A stretch of DNA of 64,000 nt from an uncultured Phycisphaerales bacterium (GCA_963758525.1 CAVWVQ010000002.1:192001-256000); one strand, 5' to 3'. Counted from the first letter of the stretch, positions 29,903 through 39,840 are shown. Notes: generated by a model not told the origin, from the letters alone. Program-made: numbers and translations.

Positions 29903-31225
29903 ATGGCCGCTCGCCGTCTTCTTCTCTCAGCCTTCTCACTGAGTTTCCTTGGCATTGTCGCTTCTGTCGCCCCTCATGTGGTTTGGGCAGATGATGTCGC
30001 TCCCGACAGCGGCTCGCCCTCCGATGTTGAGAATGCGAAGCGCAGTTTCGTCGGGCAGATCAATGCTTCATCCGTGCTGGTGCGAAGCGGACCTCGCGAG
30101 GATGCGTACCAGACAACGAAGCTGGATAAGGGTACTGAAGTCACGGTCATCGGGATCAAGTTTGACTGGCTGAAAATTGTCCCGCCGCCCGGCAGCTTCG
30201 CTTACGTTCCCAAGGTCTATATCGAGCGTCACGGCGACGGAACCGTCGGCCGGGCGACGCGCGAAATCACCGCCCGCGTCGGCAGCGATCTGACTCCGGT
30301 CAAGATCGCGGCAATGGCCAAGGTCGAGGAAGGGGACGAAGTGCAGATCATCGGCGAGGCCGACGAATACTTTAAGATCAAGCCGCCGGCAGGCAGTGCG
30401 CTGTGGGTGAACAAACAGTTCGTCGATCCGGTGCGCCCGGTTGCCGATCCGACTGCGCCACAGCTGGCTGCTCAACCGAATGCAACGCCCGCTGCCGCTC
30501 CCGCGGCGGATGGCAGCGTCGCTCCCGCGACACAGCCGAGCGGCTTGCAAGCCGCGGCCCCCGCAGCACCCACCACGCAGCCGGCGCCGGACGAGGTTGC
30601 CAAGGCGTCGGATCAATTCGATAAACTCGAATCGGAATACTCGGCTGCGACAGACAAGCCCATCACCGAGCAACCCGTCGCCGAGTTGCAAAGCGGCTAC
30701 GAAGCGGTGCTCAAGGTTGACGCGCTGCCCGACTCGATGCGCCGCATCGCCGAGGTGCGCGTGGCGACCTTGAAGATGCGCAACGAAGCCAAGCAGGAAT
30801 ACCTGGCCTTTAAGCAGACGCAGGACAAGAGCGCCGAACGGCGCAAGCGCGCTGGCGCCGAGCAGGAAGAGATTGAAGCGCGGGTGAAGCAGAATTCGGT
30901 GACGCTCTATGCGGCAGTCGGAACGCTGCGCACGTCGAGCATTCAGCACGCCGGCGCGACGCTGTATCGCATTACCGATCCGGAGACCGGCCGGACGGTC
31001 GCCTACATTCGCTCCATCGATGCCGCGCCCGCGGCGTTTCTCGGGCAGTTTGTGGGAGTGAAGGGAACCATCACCACCGACGATGCCCTGAATCTGAAGA
31101 TGATTGACAACCCGACCGCGGTGGAGCCGGTGGATCAATCCAAGGTGAATGGATCCGTTGCCGCTCAGATTCTGCCCCCGAGCCTGTTTCCGCGTTCGTC
31201 TGAAGCCAGCACCGGGAACAACTGA
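29903..31225 (+). CDS. Secreted SH3b-domain protein with coiled-coil region
   Basis: Signal peptide; two SH3b-like units (V.VRSGP...W.KI.PP; ..YFKIKPP..LWV..QFV); Pro/Ala linker. Confidence 0.75.
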   Translation: MAARRLLLSAFSLSFLGIVASVAPHVVWADDVAPDSGSPSDVENAKRSFVGQINASSVLVRSGPREDAYQTTKLDKGTEVTVIGIKFDWLKIVPPPGSFAYVPKVYIERHGDGTVGRATREITARVGSDLTPVKIAAMAKVEEGDEVQIIGEADEYFKIKPPAGSALWVNKQFVDPVRPVADPTAPQLAAQPNATPAAAPAADGSVAPATQPSGLQAAAPAAPTTQPAPDEVAKASDQFDKLESEYSAATDKPITEQPVAELQSGYEAVLKVDALPDSMRRIAEVRVATLKMRNEAKQEYLAFKQTQDKSAERRKRAGAEQEEIEARVKQNSVTLYAAVGTLRTSSIQHAGATLYRITDPETGRTVAYIRSIDAAPAAFLGQFVGVKGTITTDDALNLKMIDNPTAVEPVDQSKVNGSVAAQILPPSLFPRSSEASTGNN

Positions 31226-31246
31226 TTTGACTTTTTCTGTTCAGTG

Positions 31247-31279
31247 AAGCCCGCGGCCCCCTGCCGCGGGCTTTTTTTT
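31247..31279 (+). terminator. Rho-independent terminator
   Basis: AAGCCCGCGGC-loop-GCCGCGGGCTT followed by a T-run. Confidence 0.88.
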
Positions 31280-31437
31280 GACCTGCGATCTGAGGCAACT
31301 TTCGCCTCTCGCCCGGCACAATCCGCCTGCCGGTCACAATTCCACCGTTTTTTCGAAGATTCCGCCCATTTCCGTCCGCGAGCACGCGCCGAATCGGCCG
31401 ATACAAGAGTTGGCGCGACGGCGTCGGCGGTGCTCTT

Positions 31438-31701
31438 ATGACTGAAATCAATCCACTGGCGGGCACAATCCTCGGAAGCATCCAGCAACAGCGCGTGCTG
31501 GGGATCGAAAAGACCCGTCAGCTCCGGCGGTCGAAAGTGCTGGAAAGAAACGTTGCCGCCGAGGACGAGCAGCTTGAACATGAGGTCGAGAGCGCCGATG
31601 CCTTAAGCCCCCTCCATGACGAGCAGGGTGAGCAGCCTCCTCGCCGCGAGCCACCCAAGCCACCGCAGGATGACAAGCCGCATATTGATATCAGGGGATA
31701 G
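31438..31701 (+). CDS. Small hypothetical protein
   Basis: 87-aa ORF ending PHIDIRG; GCCGATA upstream. Confidence 0.6.
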   Translation: MTEINPLAGTILGSIQQQRVLGIEKTRQLRRSKVLERNVAAEDEQLEHEVESADALSPLHDEQGEQPPRREPPKPPQDDKPHIDIRG

Positions 31702-32491
31702 GAAGCTGCCCCAACTGAAACAAGAACACTGCCGCGGCGTTGGCGACGTTGAGCGAATCAATTCCTGGCTTCATCGGAATGGTGAGACGCCGGTCGCACG
31801 CGTCAATGTGCTCGCGACTGAGTCCCTGGGCTTCGTTGCCGAATAAAATACCAGTACGGGGCTTGCGTCGGAAATCGCGCAGGGATTCAGCCGACCCATC
31901 GAGCACGGTCGCGATGAGCTCGACGCCCCACCGCTCCCGCAGGACCCGCATGTCGGCCAGAAGGTTCTCGCTACGGATGATCGGCAAGCTGAACACCGTT
32001 CCCATCGAGACGCGTACGGATTGCCGCCAGAACGGATCGCAGCAGTGCGGGCCGAGCACGATCGCGTCGGCGGAGAACGCGGCGCTGATGCGAATCAATG
32101 ATCCGAGATTCTCCGCGTTTGCCGTCTCGGGACAAATCACCAGCGTCAGCGACTCCTTGCCGTCCAGCACCTGATCGAGGCTCGGCGAAGGAATTCGTTG
32201 CCCGCATGCAACCACGCCGGAGTGAAATTTGAAGCCGATGACGCGATGCACAAGCGCGTCGGGCACGAGATACAGCGGGACTTCCGCGGGAACCATCGCG
32301 GCCAATGCATCAGCACGCCGCTGCGACATCAGAACCGATTCGACGGGATATGCGCTGGCGAGCAGCCGGCGGACGATGAATTCTCCCTCCGCCAGAAACC
32401 GCTTTCCGTCGTGCGCAAGTTCGCGATCCTTGAGCGTCCGATAGGGCCCGAGGCGCTCGTCTTCGAGATGGGTCACGCATTCAACTGGCAC
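31691..32491 (-). CDS. TrmH/SpoU-family RNA methyltransferase
   Basis: FLAEG, ENLGSLIR, R.SVRVSMG, FGNEAQGL, IPM....DSLNVA.A. Confidence 0.92.
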   Translation of the reverse strand: MPVECVTHLEDERLGPYRTLKDRELAHDGKRFLAEGEFIVRRLLASAYPVESVLMSQRRADALAAMVPAEVPLYLVPDALVHRVIGFKFHSGVVACGQRIPSPSLDQVLDGKESLTLVICPETANAENLGSLIRISAAFSADAIVLGPHCCDPFWRQSVRVSMGTVFSLPIIRSENLLADMRVLRERWGVELIATVLDGSAESLRDFRRKPRTGILFGNEAQGLSREHIDACDRRLTIPMKPGIDSLNVANAAAVFLFQLGQLPIP

Positions 32492-32541
32492 GTTTTCATC
32501 CGCTCCGGCGCACCGGCATTCAGCTAAGAGCTCGGTTCATT

Positions 32542-32658
32542 ACCCCCTCTCCCGGTGATCCGGGAAAGGGCTGGGGTGAGGGTGATTTCGAGGACCAGCG
32601 GCGCCAGACGTCCCAAGTCACCCTCACTCGCCCTCTCTCGGCTTACCGGCAGAGGGGG
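32542..32658. repeat. REP doublet, family A
   Basis: CCCCTCTCCCGG..CCGGGAAAGGGCTGGGGTGAGGGTGATTT ... TCACCCTCACTCGCCCTCTCTCGG..CCGGCAGAGGGG. Confidence 0.78.
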
Positions 32659-32747
32659 CAGGTCGCTCCAAGTTCTGAAACGGGCACTGACTAACTCAGC
32701 GTCCTTGATCGGGAACACCACTCCGGCCAAGCTCGCGCCGCTTCCCC

Positions 32748-32803
32748 GTAGCACAGGCGCCCCGGCTGTGATCCGAAAGCCACAGCCGAGACGGCTGTGC
32801 TAC
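32748..32803. repeat. GTAG-type REP doublet, family B
   Basis: GTAGCACAGGCGCCCCGGCTGTG..CACAGCCGAGACGGCTGTGCTAC. Confidence 0.82.
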
Positions 32804-32959
32804 GAGAATAAATCCGCTCCATCCGCGTAATATTTGATGGAATCCCCGCCGACGCAAGATACACTCTTCCTCGGCGATCGGCATCGAGAGCCGTTTCGTC
32901 CTGTCGCTGGTCATTCGTGTTCACGTCGGTCTGTCGGGTCATTTCTGCAGGAGATCACA

Positions 32960-33178
32960 ATGTGGTGGGATGTTCGTGGAAAATTGGACGGCAAAATCGT
33001 TCGTTATCGGGTTGAGGCGCTCAATCAGGCGATCGCGCAGACGCTTGTGCAATGGAAAGGGATTGAGATTCTCGCGATGGAGCCGGAGCGGCCTTTGATG
33101 GAACGGGCGCCGCAAACCACACTTCTCGAAGCATTTGGTCCATTCGTGGGCGATGTCCCTCCCACGTTATCTGAATAA
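32960..33178 (+). CDS. Small hypothetical protein (72 aa)
   Basis: AGGAG RBS before ATG 32960; MWWDVRGKLDG... Confidence 0.55.
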   Translation: MWWDVRGKLDGKIVRYRVEALNQAIAQTLVQWKGIEILAMEPERPLMERAPQTTLLEAFGPFVGDVPPTLSE

Positions 33179-33188
33179 CGGGCGGCGG

Positions 33189-33758
33189 TCAGTCGCCATG
33201 CAGTTTTCGCAGACGGCTGCTCAAACGCAGCATGAGCTGGACCCGCTCGAATTCGTTCAGCCAATCCTGCAGTGTCGCATCAAGTTCCCCCGAATCCGGG
33301 GGCATGATCCCAACAGGGCATGCCGCGCCCAGGTGACGCGCCGCCAAGGCGCGATAGCGGTTCAGCGAACGATCTCCCGCCAGGGCGCAGAAGGCGAAAT
33401 CTTCCGCCAGGAAGAGTGCGACGGGAACGCGATCGCCGCGATTGATCTGCAACTGGTCCGCCAGATCGCGATGCTGATCGCGATCGACGATTCGCACCCC
33501 GATCTTTGCCGGGTTCGCTTCGGCAATGCGCGCCCACAATGGGACTTGCTGCACGCAGTCGCCGCACCAGATGCCGCTGATCACCAGGACGTTCATCTGC
33601 CGGACGAACCCGCCGATGAGCATGCGCTGCGCGTCGTTCAACTTGGCGGCGTCGTACACGCCGGTCCACCGCCGTTGCTGCTCATTGGTCCCGGTCGCCA
33701 AATAGTCGGAATACGCCAGCGCCGCCGCAAATTTTCCAGCCCAGTCGAAGTCAATCAT
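33189..33758 (-). CDS. Thioredoxin-family protein (WCGDC)
   Basis: NVLVISGIWCGDC..QVP; DRD..DL; RVP. Confidence 0.85.
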   Translation of the reverse strand: MIDFDWAGKFAAALAYSDYLATGTNEQQRRWTGVYDAAKLNDAQRMLIGGFVRQMNVLVISGIWCGDCVQQVPLWARIAEANPAKIGVRIVDRDQHRDLADQLQINRGDRVPVALFLAEDFAFCALAGDRSLNRYRALAARHLGAACPVGIMPPDSGELDATLQDWLNEFERVQLMLRLSSRLRKLHGD

Positions 33759-33766
33759 AAAACGAT

Positions 33767-34108
33767 TCAGCCCTTCTTCTCGTAGATTGTTTTTCCCGGC
33801 GGATAGCAGATGAGCTCGATCGCGTTGCCGAACGGATCGTGCAGATAGATTCCCTGCGTACCGTCCCGATGCTTGTCGATGGCAATGCCGCTCGTTTTGC
33901 TCGCCTCGGCAAGCTGCTCGTCGGTGACGTTCATCGCCACGTGGGGCGGATGCTGATGCGGATTCACCAACGCCAATTTCTGCCCCCCAACCCTCAAAAA
34001 TGCCCAGCTCGCGTCCTGGTACAACACCTCCGCCCCAAACCGCTCGGCATACCACTTCACGCTCTGCTCGATGTCGTTTGAGGGGACAGCCACGTGATCG
34101 AACTGCAT
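33767..34108 (-). CDS. VOC/glyoxalase-family protein
   Basis: FDHVAV..DIE.SVKWY; HVA; YLHDPFGNAIELI. Confidence 0.85.
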   Translation of the reverse strand: MQFDHVAVPSNDIEQSVKWYAERFGAEVLYQDASWAFLRVGGQKLALVNPHQHPPHVAMNVTDEQLAEASKTSGIAIDKHRDGTQGIYLHDPFGNAIELICYPPGKTIYEKKG

Positions 34109-34132
34109 AAGAACTCCTTCACGCCCCGTTTC

Positions 34133-34222
34133 GCTACCCGACGCTGGATCTGAGGGACTCCGAACACCCGGATCATCCTCGCTCGATCCGAGCCTTGAGC
34201 GTACCTCAGACTCGGAGTGGTG
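34133..34222. repeat. Palindromic repeat, family C
   Basis: ..TCTGAGGGACTCCGAA..GGAT / ATCCGAGCCTT..GTACCTCAGACTCGGAGTGG, similar to the 8980-9065 copy. Confidence 0.65.
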
Positions 34223-34377
34223 GATCGAGATTTTGAAATCACTTCCAGCTCAAGCGAAGCGTAGCGGGGCAATCACCGGAAATCGACAGCTTTCTTGATC
34301 GACGGCGGTTACCGCGCGGTCCCTGAAGCTATTATGCATGCGTAATCACTGGAGTGGCGCGACAAAAGGAGACGCTC

Positions 34378-35265
34378 ATGGACCAGGACGATGCGATGGT
34401 TGGGCAGATCGTGAGCCGCCGAAGTGCTCTGCGGATGGCGGCCCAAGCTGGAATCGGCTTCGCGATGGCTGGCGCGTTGGGGCGAATCGCGCGCGCTGCG
34501 CCGGATACAACGCAGCCGTCGAAGTCGCCTCTTTTCGTGAGTCCGTCGTTGACCGAGGGCCCGTTCTTCGTCGACGAGAAGCTCAATCGATCGGACCTTA
34601 CCAGCGGGACGACGCGAGCTTCGGTCATCAACGGACAGCCGCTGACGATAGCGTTCACGGTGCTCAAGCTCGCGGGCGGCGACTACGCGCCACTCAAAGA
34701 TGCGCATGTGGATGTCTGGCACACCGATGCGATCGGCGTCTACTCCGACGAAAGCAACCGGATGAATCACGAAGACACATCGAAGCAGACCTGGTTGCGC
34801 GGATATCAGGTGACAGACGCACAGGGGTTGGCGACCTTTCGAACGATCGTGCCCGGATGGTATCGCGGCCGCACGCCTCATGTTCATTTCAAGGTGCGGA
34901 GCTTTTCGGCCGAGGGGAAGTCAACCGCGGAGTTCACTTCGCAGCTTTTCTTCCATGATGAAGATACCGATCGGATCTACGCCAATGCCCCTTACAACGC
35001 CAACGGAAAGCGCGACCAGCAAAACTCCGATGATGGAATCTTCAGCGAACTGCAACCCGACGGCACCTCCGCCGGTTCGCACCTGACACTGGACCTCAAG
35101 AGCGACCGCGGCAATGCTTTGAGCACCACTTTCGCGATCGTTCTAACGGAGCAGTCCATGCACGCTCCGCGGGAGCACGGTCGGGGGCGCGGCCCCGGCG
35201 GTCCGCCGCCGGACGGAGATTTTGGTCCGCCGCCCGACGATGGCGGGTTTGGGCCGCCGAGATAG
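34378..35265 (+). CDS. Tat-exported intradiol ring-cleavage dioxygenase-like protein
   Basis: SRRSALR twin-arginine; TEGPF; DVWH.DA.GVYS; LRGYQ.TD; PGWY.GR.PHVHFKV. Confidence 0.85.
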   Translation: MDQDDAMVGQIVSRRSALRMAAQAGIGFAMAGALGRIARAAPDTTQPSKSPLFVSPSLTEGPFFVDEKLNRSDLTSGTTRASVINGQPLTIAFTVLKLAGGDYAPLKDAHVDVWHTDAIGVYSDESNRMNHEDTSKQTWLRGYQVTDAQGLATFRTIVPGWYRGRTPHVHFKVRSFSAEGKSTAEFTSQLFFHDEDTDRIYANAPYNANGKRDQQNSDDGIFSELQPDGTSAGSHLTLDLKSDRGNALSTTFAIVLTEQSMHAPREHGRGRGPGGPPPDGDFGPPPDDGGFGPPR

Positions 35266-35424
35266 TGGGGTAGCTCTCTTCCGCAAGGTCACGGCTCGGT
35301 TCATCCTGCACCATACCGAGAATCCGCCGCAAGCCGCGGCGGCACGCGGTGCGGCTCCGATAGCCGCGGGCCGCGCCAAAAAACTTCTCGATAAAGTTGC
35401 AAGCAAACAGAGGGGGGGACCCTC

Positions 35425-35479
35425 GCAGCACAGCCGTCTCGGCTGTGACTTCGGGCCACAGCCGAGACGGCTGTGCTAC
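35425..35479. repeat. REP doublet, family B
   Basis: GCAGCACAGCCGTCTCGGCTGTG-ACTTCGGGC-CACAGCCGAGACGGCTGTGCTAC. Confidence 0.82.
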
Positions 35480-35658
35480 GAAATGCCTCGCCTGTAGCTT
35501 GGACGTTGATCGAGTTATTCGTGCGACAGCACTAAATGACTTGAGCATGCCGCCGTTATTCAAACATGGCGGTCGACTATCACACGGATATGATCGACAT
35601 GCGTTATGACTCAAGTTGCGAATTGCAACGTCACGGGGAAAAGCGAAAGGATCTGAAC

Positions 35659-36216
35659 ATGAAGCCCATCATTCTGGCGGCCGCGCTGCTGGCGGCACTT
35701 GGCTCGATGACGATATCAGCACAGGGGCAGGAGACGCGGTGGCAAAAGGTTTTGGAGGATCGGCTGAATCTCTTCGGGGGGCGCAACTGGATCGTGATCG
35801 CCGATGCGGCATATCCCGCGCAGAGCAGCGAGGGCGTTGAAATCATTACGGCCGACGCTCCGCAGATCGAAGTCGTGAAGACCGTGCTGGCGGCGCTGAC
35901 GCAGTCGAAGGTGCTGGGCGCCAATGTCATCACGACTGGAGAGCTCAAATATGTTGCGGAGCAGGACGCGCCGGGGATTACCTCCTTCCGCGAGGGGTTG
36001 TCGCAGTTGCTGACAGGGCGCGAAGCAAGCGTCCTCGCGCAGGACCGCGCGCTGGCAAAAGTTGACGAGGCATCCAGAAGCGTTCGCGTTCTCGTGATCA
36101 AAACCGATTCGATCCTGCCCTACTCATCGGTCTTTCTGCAACTCACGGCCGCGTACTGGAGCGCCGACGCCGAAAAACGGCTGCGCGAGAGCATGCCTGG
36201 TGGGGGGAAGCCCTAG
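35659..36216 (+). CDS. RbsD/FucU-fold protein with N-terminal signal peptide
   Basis: MKPIILAAALL..AQG; G.RNWIVIADAAYP; VIKT...PYSSVFL. Confidence 0.7.
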   Translation: MKPIILAAALLAALGSMTISAQGQETRWQKVLEDRLNLFGGRNWIVIADAAYPAQSSEGVEIITADAPQIEVVKTVLAALTQSKVLGANVITTGELKYVAEQDAPGITSFREGLSQLLTGREASVLAQDRALAKVDEASRSVRVLVIKTDSILPYSSVFLQLTAAYWSADAEKRLRESMPGGGKP

Positions 36217-36297
36217 TATCGGAGCGGGATTAACCACGAATGACGAAATCGGAAATCAAACAATAAAAAGCAATTCTGCCGCGCGCCGGCGTGATGG

Positions 36298-37105
36298 CTA
36301 CGGCACCACCACCGCACCGGGGTATTTTGAAATCAGCCGGATTTGCATCGCCCGCGCGTCAGCGAAGTTGGGGAGCGGTCCGACGCGGACAACTTCCTCG
36401 TTGGGCAGCGCGACGACTTCCGCGGTCAAGCCCTGCGTCTTGAGACTGGAGACGGTTCTGTTGGCGTTCATGAAATCGCCGAAGGCGCCGACCTGCACGT
36501 AGAAGCCTGTCGCGCCTTCGTGCTGCGCCGCACGGGTCGCAGGTTCGCTGCCGGGAAACTGCGATCGCACCATCTGAAACGAGCGGTCGGCCTGGGGAAA
36601 CCAGCCGAGCCGCTGCTGGCAGAGCCCGATCCGGTAGAGCACCCATGCCTTGGCTTCGGCCGGCTCGACCGCGGCGTAGGAAACCTGCCACTCGCGCACA
36701 GCAGTACCGTAGTCGTCGAGGTGATAGGCAATGTTCGCCAGCCCCGCGTGCAGCAGCGCCTGCACCTTTGGCGCCGATGGCCCGGCCAATCCGTTCGTGT
36801 AACTGATGCGCGCCGCGTTTAAATGCGCCTTGGCCGCATCAGTGTCGGCGCCGCTCTCGACGGCCTTCTCTTCATGCACCCGCCCCTCCAGGTAATAGGC
36901 CTCGGCAGAGCCTTCGCCTTTGGGAGTATGCTGCAGGAACGCTTCCGCGTCGGCCATCGCGCCGTCGTAGTCTTTGCGGTCCAGCGCCGCAAATCCCGCA
37001 TTGAGCTTTGTTTTGGCGGGGCCGTTGTCCGGCGCAGCCATCGGAGATGAGGACAGACAAAATCGCCGCAAGACTGAATCCCGCGGCGACGATCGCATTT
37101 CGCAT
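36298..37105 (-). CDS. TPR + SPOR-domain (lipo)protein; frameshift at ~37033
   Basis: Signal MRNAIVAAG..SDGC joined to TPRs (AEAYYLEG, LYRIGLCQQ) and SPOR (YVQVGAF..NA..VRVGP). Confidence 0.78.
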
Positions 37106-37153
37106 CCGTGCCTCTTTGAGTATGTTGTGCGTTCCTACAACGGAATCAGCCAT

Positions 37154-38641
37154 ATGCTTGTCGAACCATTGTTTGAACACGCGCGTCAGCAGCCCAACGA
37201 AATCGCGATCATCGACGATCGCGGCACTGTCCCCTATTCGCAGCTGGGCGCCATGGCGGCCGGGCTGGGAATGTATCTGGGAATGCAGACGCAATCCCCG
37301 CGCGTCGGCGTGCTTCTGCCCGCCAGCGCCGCGTTCGTCGCCAGTTTCTACGGAACCCTGCTGGCTGGCAAGACCGTCGTGCCCATCAACTTTCTGCTGG
37401 GTGACCGCGAGATCGCCCACATCATCCGCGACAGCGGCATCGATACCGTCGTCAGCGCCCCCCCGCTGGCGGCCCGTTTGAAGGACCTGCCGTTGAACGT
37501 CATCGACCTCACCCAACTCCCCTCGCCCTCCGGCGGGGGTTTTGCAATCCAGCCGAGCATTCCCGATCGCTCGGGCGATGACATCGCCGTGCTTATGTAC
37601 ACCAGCGGCACCAGCGGACTGCCCAAGGGCGTGTTGCTCAGCTACGGGAATCTGCAGAGCGATGTGGACGCCTCAATCGCTGCCGCGCAGCTCAAGCATC
37701 AGCATAAATTTCTCGGCGTCATCCCCCTCTTTCATTCTTTCGGCATGACCGCGATGATGCTCGCGCCGCTGCAACTGGGCGCCACGGTCATCTACCTCGC
37801 CCGCTTCAGCCCGGTCGCGACGATGAACGCGCTGCGACAGCATGGAGCGTCGCTGATGTTCGGCGTGCCGAGCATGTACGGCGCAATCTTCCGGCTGAAA
37901 GACGCCAGGCCCGAGGACTTCAAGTCAATCTACGCGATGCTCAGCGGCGGCGAGCCGTTGCCGGCGGCGCTGCGCGAAGCGTTCGAGAAACGCTTCGGAA
38001 TTCCCCTCCTGGAAGGATACGGCCTGACCGAAACAAGCCCCGTCATCTCGCTGAATACGCCACAGACGAAGCGCCCAGGCAGTGTGGGAAAACTCGTCCC
38101 TGGCGCGACAGCACGCATCGTTGACGACAACAGCAATGATCTTCCCGCCGGCCAGATCGGCGAAATCTGGCTCGGCGGACCGATGATCATGAAGGGATAT
38201 CACAACCTCCCAAAAGACACCGCCGAAGTGTTGACGGAGGACGGCTTCTTCAAGACCGGCGATCTTGGAAAGCTCGACGCTGAGGGATTTCTGTTCATCA
38301 CCGGCCGCAAAAAGGAAATGATCATCGTCGCCGGAGAAAAGGCTTATCCGCGCGAAATTGAAGATGCGCTTCTGGCGCACGGCGGCGTCGCGGAAGCAGC
38401 CGTGTTTGGCAAGAGCGACCCTTCGCGCGGCGAAGTCATTGTGGCGTGCGTGATTCCCAAAGAGGGGCAAACGATCACGGTGGAAATGCTGCGCGACTTT
38501 TGCCGCACGCACGGTTTGGCGCAGTGGAAGATCCCGCGCGAGATACAACTCATGGAAGATTTTCCGCGCTCGCCGACGGGCAAAGTGCTCAAAAGGGCGC
38601 TGGCGGAGAAGCTCAGCTCGGTGACTCTTGACGCACGATAG
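37154..38641 (+). CDS. Long-chain acyl-CoA synthetase / AMP-binding enzyme
   Basis: YTSGTSGLPKG, EGYGLTE, TGDLG, GRKK, P.EIE, TGKVLK. Confidence 0.92.
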   Translation: MLVEPLFEHARQQPNEIAIIDDRGTVPYSQLGAMAAGLGMYLGMQTQSPRVGVLLPASAAFVASFYGTLLAGKTVVPINFLLGDREIAHIIRDSGIDTVVSAPPLAARLKDLPLNVIDLTQLPSPSGGGFAIQPSIPDRSGDDIAVLMYTSGTSGLPKGVLLSYGNLQSDVDASIAAAQLKHQHKFLGVIPLFHSFGMTAMMLAPLQLGATVIYLARFSPVATMNALRQHGASLMFGVPSMYGAIFRLKDARPEDFKSIYAMLSGGEPLPAALREAFEKRFGIPLLEGYGLTETSPVISLNTPQTKRPGSVGKLVPGATARIVDDNSNDLPAGQIGEIWLGGPMIMKGYHNLPKDTAEVLTEDGFFKTGDLGKLDAEGFLFITGRKKEMIIVAGEKAYPREIEDALLAHGGVAEAAVFGKSDPSRGEVIVACVIPKEGQTITVEMLRDFCRTHGLAQWKIPREIQLMEDFPRSPTGKVLKRALAEKLSSVTLDAR

Positions 38642-38655
38642 CCGGTAGGTGATTC

Positions 38656-38674
38656 TGGTCTGAGTTTGAGACCA
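38656..38674 (+). promoter_or_regulatory. Putative TA-operon operator (TGGTCT-N7-AGACCA)
   Basis: Inverted repeat 11 nt upstream of the antitoxin ATG, downstream of TTGACG (38628). Confidence 0.5.
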
Positions 38675-38685
38675 AAGGTGTCCAA

Positions 38686-38925
38686 ATGCGACAAGTCGGC
38701 AGCTACGAGCTAAAAACGCATCTTTCGGAAGTGCTGGATGCCGTGGAGCACGGGCAAACGGTGGTGGTTACCCGCCACGGAAAGCCGATCGCGCACATCA
38801 TGCCCAATCCAGAATTCAATCGCGAGAAAGTCAGGCATGCGGTTGAAACGCTGCGCAATTTCCCTCGCACCAGATTGCCGAAGGGCGTCACCGTACGGGA
38901 TCTGATTCAGGAAGGCCGGCGTTGA
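38686..38925 (+). CDS. Phd/YefM-family antitoxin
   Basis: VG.YELKTHLSE.LD.VE.G..VVVTRHGKPIA. Confidence 0.9.
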   Translation: MRQVGSYELKTHLSEVLDAVEHGQTVVVTRHGKPIAHIMPNPEFNREKVRHAVETLRNFPRTRLPKGVTVRDLIQEGRR

Positions 38926-39335
38926 GACTCATCGCCGATATCTCAGTCGTCCTCGCCTGGTTTTTCGACGAACAGCAGTCCCCTGCCGCCCTCAGCACCC
39001 TGAAAGTTATTGAGAAGGAAGGCCTGCTGGTCCCTCCGCTCTGGTGGACGGAGCTTGAGAACGGCATCCTGATGGGAGAGCGCCGCGCGAGGAAAAACGC
39101 CCGTGAATCTGGGGCATTCATGGATCTGGTACGGGCTCTTCCGATCGAAACCGACGGCGTCGCGCCGCATCGCATAAGCCACAAAATCCTCGAAATCGCC
39201 AGACAACACAAACTGACCGCTTATGACGCGACTTATCTCGAACTGGCCGATCGACAGAAGGCGTCGCTTGCGACTTTCGACGCAGCCATGAGGTTGGCAT
39301 CCGTTGGCCTAGGCATACAGCTGTTTCTGCGATAA
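38922..39335 (+). CDS. vapC: VapC PIN-domain toxin
   Basis: DISVVLAW, W..E..N, LTAYDATYLELA, LATFD. Confidence 0.88.
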   Translation: MRLIADISVVLAWFFDEQQSPAALSTLKVIEKEGLLVPPLWWTELENGILMGERRARKNARESGAFMDLVRALPIETDGVAPHRISHKILEIARQHKLTAYDATYLELADRQKASLATFDAAMRLASVGLGIQLFLR

Positions 39336-39459
39336 TTGAGCAACACGCAACCGCGCGTCCGGGAAGCTTTCGCGTGACAGAGCATCACCGGCCGCGCGGA
39401 ACAGCAGCGCGGCGGCGCGAAGTTTGACAAATTCCCTGTTTCGCAAGAGAACTATCGCG

Positions 39460-39840
39460 ATGGACCTGCAACTCCAAAAACTCAAGTTTGACGCCAACGG
39501 ATTGATCCCCGCGATCATTCAGGATCAGACGACCGGCCAGGTACTGATGATGGCGTGGATGAACCGCGATGCGCTGGACAGAACGATCGCCACCGCAAAG
39601 ACGCATTTCTTCAGCCGCAGCCGCAACAAGCTATGGCTCAAGGGGGAACGCAGCGGGCACGTGCAGCACGTCAAGTGGCTGCGCGTCGATTGCGACGCGG
39701 ATGTTCTGCTGATTGGCGTCGAGCAGGAAGGGGCAGCGTGTCACGACGGATATTACAGTTGCTTCTATCGTGAATATGCTCCATCGGGCTGGAAGATCGT
39801 CAGCGAGAAGGTCTTCGATCCGGACAAGGTGTACGCCTAA
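39460..39840 (+). CDS. hisI: Phosphoribosyl-AMP cyclohydrolase
   Basis: GLIPAIIQD, VLMMAWMN, FSRSR..LW.KGE.SG, DCDAD, ACH.GY.SCFYR. Confidence 0.95.
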   Translation: MDLQLQKLKFDANGLIPAIIQDQTTGQVLMMAWMNRDALDRTIATAKTHFFSRSRNKLWLKGERSGHVQHVKWLRVDCDADVLLIGVEQEGAACHDGYYSCFYREYAPSGWKIVSEKVFDPDKVYA

